A DNA stretch of 64,000 nt from Piromyces finnis finn (Eukaryota > Fungi > Neocallimastigomycota): NCBI GenBank assembly GCA_002104945.1, contig MCFH01000004.1, positions 1-64,000 of the forward strand. Direction: 5' to 3'. Of this stretch, positions 21,261-43,971 are shown piece by piece. Below the pieces are notes generated by a model. It worked only from the letters and a program-made list of their open reading frames with translations. It made no database searches and was not told the DNA's origin. Position numbers and translations under genes: made by a program. Every line of letters starts with the position of its first letter. Positions within the stretch are counted from its first letter, which is position 1.

Positions 21261-22034
21261 TGTAATAATTATATTATATTTATTATATAATAATAATTAT
21301 TAGCTTTAAATTAATAATATAAACTATTATTAAAATGTGAAAATAAAGGTAAAATTAGAAACTTAACTTAATGAGTTTATTATAAGAAATTATAATAAAC
21401 GAAACCAAATGTATCAGAATTATTTTGTGTATTTAATAGTTTTTTTTTAATATTTATTTTATTACTTATTATTTTGTATAAAGTTATTTATTATAATTAA
21501 TCTTATAATAATAACTCTTGATTTCTCAAATCGAACTCAAGAGTACTATTTATATGTTTTATTCTATTAAATTAAAATTTCTAAGAACATTCTAATCTTA
21601 ACAAGAATCTTTTTAGGAAAAGACTAGAAGAAAAACCTAAAAAGTTATTTGATTGATATTCTAATCATACCAATCATCGTAATATTAAGTAAAACCGTTG
21701 ATAACGGGTAAAACCTTAATATCCGATTTCCTATTACATACTAATATATAGTTGTATAATATTATTAATGTAATTAGTATGTGTTTTATCTTTTATAATA
21801 CAAGTATATATATAAATGAATGTATAAATACATAATTAAATAAATTAATTAATCTAATATAGCGAATGAATAATTATTAACTAAATAAATATTTACAATA
21901 TTTAACTTAACAAATAACTATAATAATAAATAAATATATTAATATAATCTAATGGATTAATGATTATTAACTAAATAAATTATTTGTAATGTTTAATACT
22001 AAGAATAAATAATAAGTATTTATTCTTACAGTTT

Positions 22035-22576
22035 TGTTAAGGAACCAACAAATAATGTTATTCTTGTCATAATTAATGATTATGACCTAATCCATTATTG
22101 TTCCTAAATGTATGAAAACTTTACAATATTCTTATTTGTAAATTAATGTATACACTTAAATTATATTTAAAATTATTAAGAATTATTTTTATTGAACTTA
22201 AATTTTATTTTATTAAACTTAAAAATTAATTTAGTAATAATAATATATTGAAAATTATAGTTTATTGAACTTTTAGTTTAATTTATCAAGTTAATGAATT
22301 TTTATTAATTAAAATTATGAATAATATTTCTGTAAAATAGTAAAATTCTTTAGTTAAATATATTTAAAGTAAACTTTTAATGTATGTTAATCAATTTAAT
22401 AATATGTATAAATATTTATTATAATAGTAATGTAATTTTATTATTCATTTAAAAGTAATTTAAATACTAAAATTAATGTAAATAATTAAAGACTAATTCT
22501 TTTAATTAACACTACTTAATTTTTTACAAAAAGTATAAAAAGGTGTATATTACAAGAATTAGAGAATATACAGATA

Positions 22577-22607
<31 letters not shown>

Positions 22608-22746
22608 TTATAATTTTATATTAATATCTTAATAAAACAATTTTATTAATAAAACAATTTTTCTTATTTCATTTTAATATTATTTTTGAGTATTAATAAA
22701 TTTATTAATATTTTATAAATAAAAGTAAATTCCTCGAACCGTAACA
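22035..22746 (+). mobile_element. Solo LTR of a third gypsy family (C)
   Basis: TGTTAAGGAACC...CCGTAACA, homologous to the LTR at 24807-25522. Flanked by GTTT (22031-22034 / 22747-22750), consistent with a 4-bp TSD. No PBS-like sequence follows it. Confidence 0.82.
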
Positions 22747-24559
22747 GTTTTGATACGCTACTCACATAAAAACATGATAAAAACTAGCTGAATAAACACG
22801 ACTTAACCCATAGTAACTTATAATAAAAATAAACAATAATAACCCTTAAAGATGAATGAATAATAATTTTATGAAAATATAACCCTTTCTTTAAATAAAT
22901 AATATTATCTTTATTATATAATAAATTCTGAGTAAAAACGACCTAATAGTGATAATAATAAAATAAATTATTAAATAAAATAAATTATTAAATAAAATAA
23001 AACGACTTAATCCAATAATGTACTAAAATAATAAAATAATAATAAATAAATAAAAATGAATAAATAAACTAAAAATAAAATGATATACATCAAATTATTA
23101 ATTCTAGTGTTTATCCAAGTGTTCTTTAGAAATACTCTTAAACTTATAAATTAAAAAAATAACTAATTGAGTAATTATTACTAAAATGATAAACTTAAAA
23201 CCTGGAAATAGAACAATAATAACAATTCCAAAGATAAAATACAGAACTCTTTTATGTTTCTGTATAAAATGAGTGTTTATAATAATTGATACTTTTAATA
23301 TTTTAATTTTGTTAAATTTTTATTTTAATTTTATTTTAATTTTATTTTAATATTATTTTAATTTTAAATTTTAATTATTTTATTCAAGGTATTATACATT
23401 TAATGATAGTCAATGATAATTTATAATAATTTTTCTAAATTTAAACATTTTGAAGTAATAAGAAAATCAAATAAGTAATATTCTATAATATTTTATAATA
23501 CTAAGACATAATTTTAATTTATTCTTTTAATTTTAATAAATAATAACAATAGTTATAATAGCATTTAATAGTTAAAAATAATAATACATGTAATAAATGA
23601 AAATGTATAAAAGGAAGATAAAATTCTTCTTTATAAAGGGGGGACAATAAATAGAGAATAAAAAGACCATAAACAGATAATAAATAAATTATAAAATATA
23701 ATAAAGATTTAATTTAAAACATAATAAGAGTTTATTTTCGAGTTTTGAGTGATTTATTTGTTAATTATAAAACATATTTTATTTTATTTTAAATTTATTG
23801 TTTCATCATTATAATATAGAATTTATTATTTATTAAAAACATTATATTATTCACAAATATATCGGTCAACGCATCAGTTTTGATAACGGATTGGTAGTTA
23901 TATTACAACTTTTTAACTACTTCTTCTGTTATCTTATATTGTTTTATCTCGACAGCTATTGTACGAGCTTTAACAATATCTACTAGTTTTATTAATTTAT
24001 TTTAAGTTATTTTATAATTTTAATAGTTTTATTATTTTAATAATATTTATATAGAATAATAACACCAGATTTATTCTATAAAATATTATTTATTATTAAC
24101 ACAATAATTACAAATTAGACAAGTTTAATTTCGTTTTTATATTTTCTTTTATTTATTGTTCTTACGCTCTTTTTAACAATAATTTTTATTATATAAAAAC
24201 TTATTTTTGTCTTTTAAATATTATTATGTATTCACTAATTAATTATATTAACTATTATTAAAATTTAACTTATTATTAGTAATCTAAGTCTTCTCATTTT
24301 CTACTAAAAATTATTATTATTCTTTATATTAAAAATTATTTTTATAATTTAACCCAATCAAATATATAAATTTATAAAATATTTGATTTTATGTAAATTA
24401 TATTTTTATAATAAACTATATAAAATTATTTAATAATTATTTTATAATAAAATTTTCTACTAATATCAAATTTATAATATATTTATAATTATTATTTATC
24501 AACAATTTTGGTGAAAAGGTACAAAATCTTTATACGTTACACACTGTCTCGGATGAAAA

Positions 24560-25522
24560 ATGAAAAAAGATAAGAAAGAATTAGCTACTAAAGTTAATAA
24601 AGATATAGAAGAATTAGTTAGAAATTTTAATCGAACGAAGTTAGAGCCTTATTTCGTTGAGCCACTCAAAGTCGTCAAGAAACAATTCAATACGGTTACT
24701 TTAGCTGATGTATCCACTGGAATTCAGATGAACCGAAATGTTCATCTTAAAAACATTGTAAAGTTTAACTCTGCTTTTACGTAAGCAAGAGTCTTCGTGG
24801 GGCACTTGTTAAGGAACCAACAAATAATGCTATTCTTGTCATAATTAATGATTATGACCTAATCCATTATTGTTCCTAAATGTATGAAAAATGTATGAAA
24901 ACTTTATAATATTCTTATTTGTAAATTAATGTATACACTTAAATTATATTTAAAATTATTAATAATTGTTTTTATTGAACTTAAATTTTATTTTATTAAA
25001 CTTAAAAATTAATTTAGTAATATTAATATATTGGAAATTATAGTTTATTGAACTTTTAGTTTAATTTATCAAGTTAATGAATTTTTTATTAATTAAAATT
25101 ATGAATAATATTTCTATAAACTAGTAAAATTCTTTAATTAAATATATTTAAAGTAAACTTTTAATGTATGTTAATCAATTTAATAATATGTATAAATATT
25201 TATTATAATAGTAATGTAATTTTATTATTAATTTAAAAGTAATTTAAATACGAAAATTAATATAAATAATTAAAGACTAATTCTTTTAACACTACTTAGT
25301 TTTTTACAAAAAGTATAAAAAGGTGTATATTATAAGAATTAGAGAATATACAGATATTTATTTTATTATTTATTTTTTTTATTTTATAATTTTATATTAA
25401 TATCTTAATAAAACAAACTTATTAATAAAACAATTTTTCTTATTTAATTTTAATATTATTTTTGAGTATTAATAAATTTATTAATGTTTTATAAATAAAA
25501 TTAAATTCCTCAAACCATAACA
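24560..25522 (+). mobile_element. 3' remnant of a family C gypsy element (integrase C-terminus, PPT, 3' LTR 24807-25522)
   Basis: ORF 24560-24784 has KLEPYFVEPLKV (degenerate GPY/F module) and VHLKNIVKF. The purine tract GTGGGG precedes an LTR that is a diverged copy of 22035-22746. Confidence 0.78.
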
Positions 25523-25569
25523 TTTTATAAATTCGTTACACTTAAGTTACATTAAAGATATCAATCTGA

Positions 25570-26200
25570 GGTGTTTGCGTCAAGATTCAGAGTGGATTTA
25601 AAGTTATAATTAAGTCTACTAGGTTAAAATAGGCTTAATTATATAGTAAATAATAATCTTTTTTTTTTTTTTTTTTAGTTTTTAAAGAATTATTTTATTT
25701 GATTTTTATAATATATATAAATGATAATTATCAATTTTAAATATTGAATTTACTATATAAAAATGAGTATTAATAATCTCACAAAGAACTTCTTAAAGTT
25801 GTTCTTTGTTCAACTTATTTATACTTTTATTTTTAATATAATATTGATATTAATAAAGTATAATAATAATATAATTTAAGTTATACATGTATAATAATAT
25901 AAATGTAAATATTAATAAAATATAATAATAATATAATATAATTTTCTTTAAATATCGATATTAATAAGTTGTCAAAAATAATATTAATAATTATTTAAAT
26001 TAATCTTATTTTACTAAATGGTTTGTTTAATATTAATTACTTGTTACTCTATTTATCTCCGGGATAATAAATAGCTTTCCAATTAATATTTATATTAAAT
26101 AAACTATTATTAGTAAAATATTATTAAATTAGTATTTTAATTAATTTAATTAATAATTTCAAGATTATGAAATTTCATGAAATGTCAAATTTCATGAATT
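25570..26200 (-). mobile_element. Possible old LTR relic distantly related to family A; boundaries uncertain
   Basis: Short blocks resemble the family A LTR in the same order (TAGGT.A.AAT...TTAATTATATAGTAAA; TTCTTTGTTCA...TTGATATTAATAA). No TSD or termini were confirmed. Confidence 0.3.
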
Positions 26201-26444
26201 GTGATTTTGACAGTTTGATATCTTTACAAAACCTCTAACAAATCAATTTGAAATGTCACAAAAAAGAAAATGCTATGATTCAGAAGAAGAGGGATACGTA
26301 GACTACATCCGTGGTCGAAGAGTCAAGGTCCACACTTTATGTGAAGAAATAGATGACGATAGCCATAGTAATAGTATTAATTCTTGTAATTTTTATCATA
26401 ATCAGAAAAATGATTGTAGTAGTAACTTTAATAGTGATAATATT

Positions 26445-27145
26445 AGTAATTGTAAAGATATAAAATATATCTTTAAATTATTTAATAATTAATTAATAAT
26501 TATTAGATAATAATTTTGATATTTTAATGAAAATTTATTTATAAAATTTATTATATAAATTTTATGGAATAATTAAATAAATTAATTTTAAAATATCAAA
26601 GTTAGAAATGAAATTTGAATAAATATTTAAATTAATGGATAATTAAATTTAAATATTTTAAATATTCAAATTAAATCTTAAAAAGTTTTTATTTAATTAA
26701 AATTAGTTTAATAACTTTAGCGTAATTTTAAATTAACATTTTTAATAATAAATATATAATGAATAGTATTATTAATATTTAATTAATATATAGGTAATAC
26801 ATGGATTGTATTCAATTTGTAGTTTACTCAAATTGAATCAAAAATGTATTTAATTAGTTTTAGTTTAGTTTTATTATTTTATTATTTAATTAAATTAGTA
26901 TTAAATTAGTTTTGTTTATTTTATATTGAGTATATTAAAATATAATCTACAAAAAATATAAATACATGTAAAATTTCATAATTTAAAACAATGTAATTGT
27001 TATTGACTAGTATTTAGTTAATAACTAAATAAAATTAATAAAAGATATATTTTAAATATATTTTGTTTTCTTGTTTCTTTTTATTTATTTTGTGTTTTTG
27101 TTTTATTGTAAAAATTTTATAATCTGTTTTAATTTTTTATAAAAT
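26445..27145 (+). repeat. Unclassified AT-rich dispersed repeat, copy 2
   Basis: Inverted homology to 14440-15225. Confidence 0.65.
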
Positions 27146-27349
27146 TTTTACAGAAATAGCGATACTAGTAATAATTAGAGCAAAAATTGTTCAAATTATA
27201 AATATAAAAGATATGACAATAACATTAACAATAGAAATTATAAAAGTTTTAATTGTTCTAGCTATAACCTTAATTATGGTACTAATTTAATTAATGATAA
27301 TACATGTAAGAACTATAATAAATGTAATATTTATAATGTACGTAATCAT

Positions 27350-28290
27350 GAAAATTCTAAAAATAAAGATTTAAAATCGGTCTTTGTTCCTTCACAATAT
27401 GTTATGTTTAATGAGGTATTCAATTCAAAAAATTGTGATGTATTACCTCCACATCATGAATACGATTGTGAGATTAAGTTAAAAGATAATTCAAATTTAT
27501 TTTATTGTCCTTTGTACCCATTAACTGAAGTAGAAAGAGATGAATTAAAAAAAATATATTAAGGAAAATTTAGAAAAAGGATTTATAAGGAAATTTTCAT
27601 CCCCTGCTGGGGCATCTGTGTTATTTGTGAAAAGAAAGATGATTTATTACGTCTATGTGTTGATTATAGGAGATTAAATGATATACCAATTAGAAACTCA
27701 TATCCACTTCCTTTAATCGGTGATTTGTTGAACAGAGTGAAAAAAGAGCCAAGTATTATACTAAGTTGGATTTAAAGTCTGTCTATAACCTAGTATGAAT
27801 TAAAGAGGACGATGAGTTCAAAACAGCCTTCAGAACAAGTTATGAGCATTTTGAATATCTCGTGATGCTATTTGGCTTAAAGAATGCTCCTGCTACCTTT
27901 TAACATTTCATTAACGATGTTCTTAGTAAATACTTAGAAGACTTTGTAATATCATATATTGATGATATTTTGATTTATTCAAATAGTCTTGAAGAACATC
28001 ATGAGCATGTAAAAAAGGTTTTGAGTAAATTGTTAAATAACAATTTGTTTGTTAAATTAGAGAAGTGAATTTGACGTCTCTGAAATAACTTTTCTTGGTT
28101 ATGTGATATCAAGAGATGGATTGAAAATGGATAGTAATAAAGTTCCCACTACAGTCAAAGAAGTCCAATCATTCATTGGTTTGTGTAATTATTATAAAAT
28201 ATTTATTAAAGATTTTGCAAAAATTGCCGATCCTTTACACAAACTTACTAGGAAAGATGTCCCATTTGTTTGGGGTTTGATATTGAATAT
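27350..28290 (+). pseudogene. Degenerate Ty3/Gypsy reverse transcriptase remnant
   Basis: Fragments [23 protein letters not shown]...YPLPLI, KTAFRT...[19 protein letters not shown] and VQSFIGLCNYY, broken by several frameshifts and stops. Confidence 0.9.
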
Positions 28291-29610
28291 GAATATAAAT
28301 ATGAATTATGAAAATTAAATTTTACAAGATATTAAATATAATTATATTTTAAAGAATCTTTTAAAATTAATTTACATTTTTAATTATTAATTAAAATATA
28401 TATTTTTGATCCTTGTTATGCTATCTCATTTTACATATATATTATTACTCATTTTTCATGCACTCTTTGCTGGATAACTGACAACTTTTCATGAATAATA
28501 ATTTAAAATACTTATTGTATAATAAATTGAATATATATTTAGCACTGTTTCATTTAATTATTTAATGATTTAGGATTAAAAGCTCGTCTGGTTTACTCTT
28601 ATCCTTTTAATGACTAAACAAGTTTTTCTCTATTTATTTTGTTTTATAATTCATTAAACTAATTTATAAAATTCTATTTTATTAAAATCATATATATTGC
28701 TAGAAAATATTCTTTCTATTGCACAAACTTCAAGAAATTTCTTGATAAATAATCTATGCTAAAAGAACTAATTTATTCAGACTTCATGCATCATATTTTT
28801 AAAATGAATATTACCATATAATGTCTTAATTGAAATAGGAGCTTTAGTTAGTATTAATATTACTATCTATATAGATAATAATATATATGATTAGAATTTC
28901 TAATAGTTTTCAATAGTTTTCCTATAGTATAAGTTAATGTCCGGCAGATGATCCACTTTAGAGAATCGATTTAAAGTTGTATGAGACTTAATCTGTTAGA
29001 TATTTAGATTAGGAAAGTTACTAAAATAAATACATATTGCATGTATTAATATGTTTGTAATGTGGCTTATATATTTAATTTATTACAATATGTTTCAATA
29101 TATTTGACATTTGACATTATTTCTGACATATACATATAATAATAATTTATTTTTTATTAATTTTAATTTGTAATTTAAATTTACCATTCAAAGATTACTA
29201 AATCTTCTTTTTCTCTTTTATTAATTATTAAAGATAAAATTTCATATTTATAAAGACTTTTAACAATGAGGTTTATAATTCTTTATTATTTATAACATTT
29301 TTCTTTTCTTTTTTTTTTTTTTATTTATTTTTTATTTATTTATTATTAGTTTTTAATGTTATACATTATGTTATCTATAAATTCTATTTGATATGCTGGA
29401 AATAAAATATTATTAAATACCTTTTTTTCTTTTATATTTATTTTTATTTTTTAATTTTTTTTAAAAAAAAAAAAAAGAAGTAATTTTATTAAACGATTTT
29501 ATTTAAATATTCATTTTACTTTAATAATAATATAAAAAAATTTTTTCTTTAAATTTTTTGAGTTTGTTTTAATCATTAAAAATAAATATTGTTAATTTAT
29601 TTTTGTTAAT

Positions 29611-30636
29611 TTATTTTTCTTCATTGATAATAACAGTTCCTTCGTCACATACATCTAAAATTTTAACATAACTGTCAATACCCTTTCCATTTTCATCCTT
29701 AGTATTCATAAATATTTCTTGAATCTTCTTGCCAATAGCTTCGAAGTTTTCAGTAGCTAAAACTAAAACAGTTGGACCAGCACCACTCATACATGCACCA
29801 ATGAAACCGTTCATGAATCCTGGTTTTAAAGCTAAAATTTCTGGAAGACCTGGAATTAACTTTCTTCTATAATATTGATGAACTTTATCTTGCATAGCTT
29901 CGTGTATAACTTCTGGGTTTGGAGTATCATCTCCTAAAGCGTGAGTGAGGACAGTAACTCTTTGAAGATTGTATACAACATCACTACGTTCGTATTGTTG
30001 TGGAAGTACTGAACGAGCTAATGATGTAGCTAATTCGAATTTTGGAATAACAACAACTACTTTTACGGCCTTTGACCATTTCATTTTTATGCATGCGCTA
30101 GTTTTATATGGAATATTTTCTTGTTTAACAGTGTTTTCAGCGCCCCATACCATTTTTGGAAGACCACTTGCTTTATCATTTAAGTAACTAGCAACAAAAC
30201 CACCTAATAAGGTAGCAGCAACATTATCTGGATGACCTTCAACCATAATACAATAATCTAATAATCTTTCTTTTGGTAAATTTAATCCACAAACGACATT
30301 AGCTAACATAACACCACCAACAATAGCAGTACCAGAAGAACCTAATCCACGACCTAATGGAATATCATTATCAACAATAAGTTCTAAACCTTTTGGAAGG
30401 GTAGTTCCATAAGAACGTGCAAGATATAAAGCTGTTTTGGTAATTAAATTTTCTTCAATATCTAATGAAACAGAACCTTTTGGGGTTTTATCAGTGTATT
30501 CTATTGTAATTGGTCTTTCATCATCATGAACTGTAACATTAATTGTCAAAAATAATTTTAATCCAAGACCTAAAACATCGAATCCTGGTCCAATATTTGA
30601 AGTGGAAGATGGAACTTTTATAGTGAATTTTTGCAT
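29611..30636 (-). CDS. THR1: Homoserine kinase (GHMP family), intronless, 341 aa
   Basis: KVPSSTSNIGPGFDVLG, IPLGRGLGSSG, EGHPDNV, MQDKVHQ.YR and SGAGPT motifs typical of fungal Thr1. Confidence 0.95.
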   Translation of the reverse strand: MQKFTIKVPSSTSNIGPGFDVLGLGLKLFLTINVTVHDDERPITIEYTDKTPKGSVSLDIEENLITKTALYLARSYGTTLPKGLELIVDNDIPLGRGLGSSGTAIVGGVMLANVVCGLNLPKERLLDYCIMVEGHPDNVAATLLGGFVASYLNDKASGLPKMVWGAENTVKQENIPYKTSACIKMKWSKAVKVVVVIPKFELATSLARSVLPQQYERSDVVYNLQRVTVLTHALGDDTPNPEVIHEAMQDKVHQYYRRKLIPGLPEILALKPGFMNGFIGACMSGAGPTVLVLATENFEAIGKKIQEIFMNTKDENGKGIDSYVKILDVCDEGTVIINEEK

Positions 30637-30917
30637 TTTATTATATTTATGATATTAACTATTTAATATATTATATAACATTATATCATTTATTTATATA
30701 TATTATAAATAATAATTAAATAATTTCATATTAGTATTATATTATCTAAATATTTTATAGTTAAAAATACTTTAATTATTAGATTAATTATTTATTATAT
30801 ATTTCTTTTATATACTTTAAACAAATTCATTTAATGCATATATTGTATAACTTTTCAAATTATTTTTTACTTTTATTTTTTTTTTCTTTATTTTTATTTT
30901 AGTTTTTATCATCATTC

Positions 30918-31040
30918 TTGGAATTTAACTTTACAAATCTTTCATACTTAATGATTTGGAATTTAACTCTATAAATCTTTCATACTTAATGATTTGGATT
31001 TTTAACTTTATAAATCTTTCATATTTAATGATTTGGATTT
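30918..31040. repeat. 38-bp minisatellite, about 3 copies, upstream of THR1
   Basis: TTGGAATTTAACTTTACAAATCTTTCATACTTAATGAT repeats starting at 30918, 30956 and 30994, with a partial copy at 31033. Confidence 0.85.
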
Positions 31041-32793
31041 TATATCGTTTTACAGTAATTTAAATGTTTTATATACTCTTATTTATAATTTTTGCTTTTT
31101 CTAATTAAAACTTACATTTAATATTTTATATATTTGCAATTAAGTACAATTATAATTTCTCAAACTAAAAAAAATAAATTATTTTTTTTTTTTTTTGAAT
31201 TTAAGATTATTACTTTTTTACTACTTTTAATTTTTGCAATTATTAATAATTACAAGAATTTTAAATTTTATATATATATATTTTTTTTTTAATCTAAAAA
31301 AATTTTTTTTCTGATACATTAATAATAAGTAAATAATATACAGGTCAATATATTATATTTATATTGATAATATATGTAGATACATTCTTAATATAGGCAA
31401 AGTAATTTTTTCCATATTTATTAAAGATAAAGAAAAAATCAATGGCATCATATATTAGTAATCTATATCATATATTTAAAAAAATTTCCTTCATTTTTAT
31501 TTGTTGAAGTATTGTTACATTATATATATAATATATTAAGATTTCAATACATTGTATTTAATCATGTGTTTATATAATGTTATTTTTACATATATTTATT
31601 CACTAGAATGATATTTAAATATTATTATATTTTTAATTTTATGTCTTTGAATTTAATACTTATTTATATTTTTTAAATATTTCTTGAAATATTTCTTGAA
31701 AGTAGATTGAAAATATTAGCATTTTTAATGATTAAAGTTAGCTTAATAATTGGAAAAAAAATAAAAATCGGTTAAAATCTTAAATTTTATTTTTCCTAAT
31801 TATTTAATGTATATATTTATTGCATAAAATACCTATTATTTATACTTTGAATACTTAGTACTTATAGAAAAGAATTGATTTTATTAAAATACTAATAAAA
31901 AAATAAATAATGTATTTTATATAATTTACAAATAATAATGATTTTTAGATAATTCATAAATATTATTTAGTAATGAGTAAAATGATTTTATAAAAGCAAT
32001 ATTCTATTATATATTATATATGTTAAGTAAAAAAAAAAAAAAAAAAAGTGTATATATATATAAAAATTATATATAATAAAGAATAGTATTATACAAAATT
32101 GAATTTATAATATAATTAATTTTTAATTACTATTTTAATAATTTAAATAATTATGGTAATAATGAAATCTATTTTTTAATATATAAAATAAAAGGAATGT
32201 TTCTAATATTTTATTTTATGCCTTAAACAATCATAAAATGTATTAAACAATAAGTATTGTAGTAATAATAATATATAGAAAAAGAAAATAAGAAAATGAT
32301 AAAAAAACGTTTTATAATTATTTATTTTAATATTATTTTATTTTTTTTTTAAAAATTTTAAAAAGTTAAAAAGTAAAAATAAAAATAAAAGGATGAGGAT
32401 GAAGAGATAGAAAATATACAAAAGATTATTATTATTTATGGTATTTAATATTCAAGGTTTTTTTATTTATTTATATATTAATCAGATTATATAAATATAA
32501 AAAATAATATATAATTATTAAAACATTAATGAATTACTTAAACACATATTTAATATAGTACATTTATCTTTTTATATTATTTAATATATATATTAATCTA
32601 TTTTTTAATATAAATGACTTTAAAAGTCTAATGGTCTACTATTATTAATGATTTTCTTTCTACTTCTACATAAAGTAATAAATATACTTTAAATAAAGCT
32701 TTTTATTTAAAATAATTAGATTTATATATATATATATATTATATATATTTAAATTATTATATATAATAATTATAAATTCAGTAGAAAGGCAAT

Positions 32794-40271
<7,478 letters not shown>

Positions 40272-40875
40272 CTTATAATATTGAAATGAAATTACTAGTT
40301 TCTTTTAAAAAATAATATATCAAAAAAAAAAAAAAAAAAAGATAGTGTATTTCCAAAATTGGATTATAAAATATTTAAGGATTTAATTAAAAAAAAGTAT
40401 GATATTTTTATTTATATAATATATAAGAAGTTTTTATGATTTATATATAAATATATATACAAATATTATTTAAAAAGTTATTTTATATTTTGTTTCTTCA
40501 GGTATTTTTATATATAATTTCTTTTTCCTCTATTTTATCAAATTTTAAAATATTCAATATTTTAATAAAATGTTTTTACACTAACTTTAAATGAATATTA
40601 ATCAAAAATTCATTTAATATAAGTGGATGATAAGTTTTAATTAATTTATTTTCAAAATTTTAATATATTTAATTAATTTTTAAAAATCAATTTTTTTCTG
40701 TAACAATGGTATTGTTTTATAAAAAAAAATAATATATTATATTGAGTTTAACACGTGAGTGATAAATAAATATGGAAATCATGTATAGATAAATGAATCA
40801 TTTAATTTATATTATTTTTATTTAAAAAAATATTCTTTTTTATTTTGAGATTTTATTCATAAATAAATTTAAAAG

Positions 40876-41525
40876 ATGGTTGAATATTTATTATATAGTG
40901 ATTCTTCAAAAGAAGAATTAATTGAAAAAGAAAATAATACTAATTCAAGAAACATTTATTGTCCAGTTTGTGATTGTATCGTTTTACGAAAAAATGCTGT
41001 AACAGCTAATGAAACAAAGGATGAATTTTCAGTAAGCTAAAAAAAAAAAAAAAAAAAAAAAAGATAATGAATAATTAATAAAAAGCAGAAATAATAATTA
41101 AAAACTTACAGAATCTATAGATTTAAAATAATTTATTAAATCAATTTTTTCAAATTCAAAATTTATTTATTCATATATATTATATTATCATTTAAAAGAC
41201 TACTATTCCATTACCAGGAAGCAATAATAAAGTCAATTTCTCTGAAGAAACACCATTTTTCTGGGAAGCTAAAAATCAATTCACTTTTGAAGTTAGTACA
41301 GCTTATAGAAAAGAATAATTAAAAATATTAAGCATTTAATTTAAATGTTTAATTAATAACAATCTAATTATATAATTTTATTAAATTTAGAATGTTGGTG
41401 TTTCAAAATCAACTAATGATGGAAAAAGATATTTATCTTGTGCTGATTGCGATTTCGGACCTATTGGAAAAATTGAAAATACCAAATATTTAATTGCTGC
41501 TGACAGAGTTCGCTATTCTTTATAA
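40876..41525 (+). CDS. MSS4: Mss4/RABIF-like (Dss4) Rab guanine-nucleotide-free chaperone, 3 exons (40876-41031, 41199-41291, 41391-41525), 127 aa
   Basis: Spliced frame is intact: N.RNIYCPVC.C, FW...FTFENVGVSKS and YLSCADCDFGPIG are the zinc-binding motifs of the Mss4 family. Confidence 0.88.
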
Positions 41526-42222
41526 TAAATTAATAATAAAATTATAAAACAAAGTAAAATGTAATATTCAATTTATTATGGGAATATTATTTTAGATAAT
41601 TATTCAATTTTAGTTTAAATAAATGTCATTGTAAAAAAAAAAAAATCATTTGAAAATAAATTAAATGATAATATTAAAATTTCTATAATAAAACCTATAT
41701 TTTATTATTTTTAAGATTATAAATTAATATAATAAATCCTGAAATTGAAATATATATTGCATAATAATACCTAATATATCATTTCTTTAATATTACAAGC
41801 AAAAAAAAAAAATAAAAAAAGTAAGAAAAACAAAATAAACTATTTACATTTATTATATTTATAAATAAATCACTTTTACTAGGTATTTTTAATAATTTAT
41901 TTATTAATAAACCTACCTTTATTTACTGGTATATTATTTAAATAATTTTATATATTATCAATATAAAGAAATTTCTAAATTATCCAATCAATATATATTA
42001 TATACTTTTAAAAAAAAATTATATTTTTAAATATGTGTTTGAAATTTGAAATTTTGTAATTAAAGAGTAACAATTAATTCTTCAGAAATTAATTTATTAA
42101 AACAATTTTGCAATTAATTTTTATAATTTTTATAATTTAAAGATTAAAAAAAGAAAAAAAAAAAGTTTATAAAAATATAAATATTCCAAATATACTCTAA
42201 CTAAAATTTTTAAATAATAAAA

Positions 42223-43971
<1,749 letters not shown>

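Larger units (their letters stand above)
16283..22030 (-). mobile_element. Full-length Ty3/Gypsy LTR retrotransposon, family B (single ORF, no chromodomain, self-priming)
   Basis: 770-bp LTRs at 16283-17052 and 21261-22030 with TG...CA termini and no differences noticed. TSD GTTTT (16278-16282 / 22031-22035). PPT AAAAGGAG overlaps the stop codon next to the 3' LTR. Confidence 0.97.

Noticed and set aside
26253-26492. 79-aa ORF MSQKRKCYDSEEEG...
   Set aside because: No recognisable domain, and its 3' part lies in the dispersed AT-rich repeat. It cannot be supported as a gene without expression or homology data.
29611-30636. Intronless THR1 as a bacterial horizontal transfer
   Set aside because: Length and inserts look like fungal Thr1, and absence of introns alone is not evidence. 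A phylogeny would be needed.
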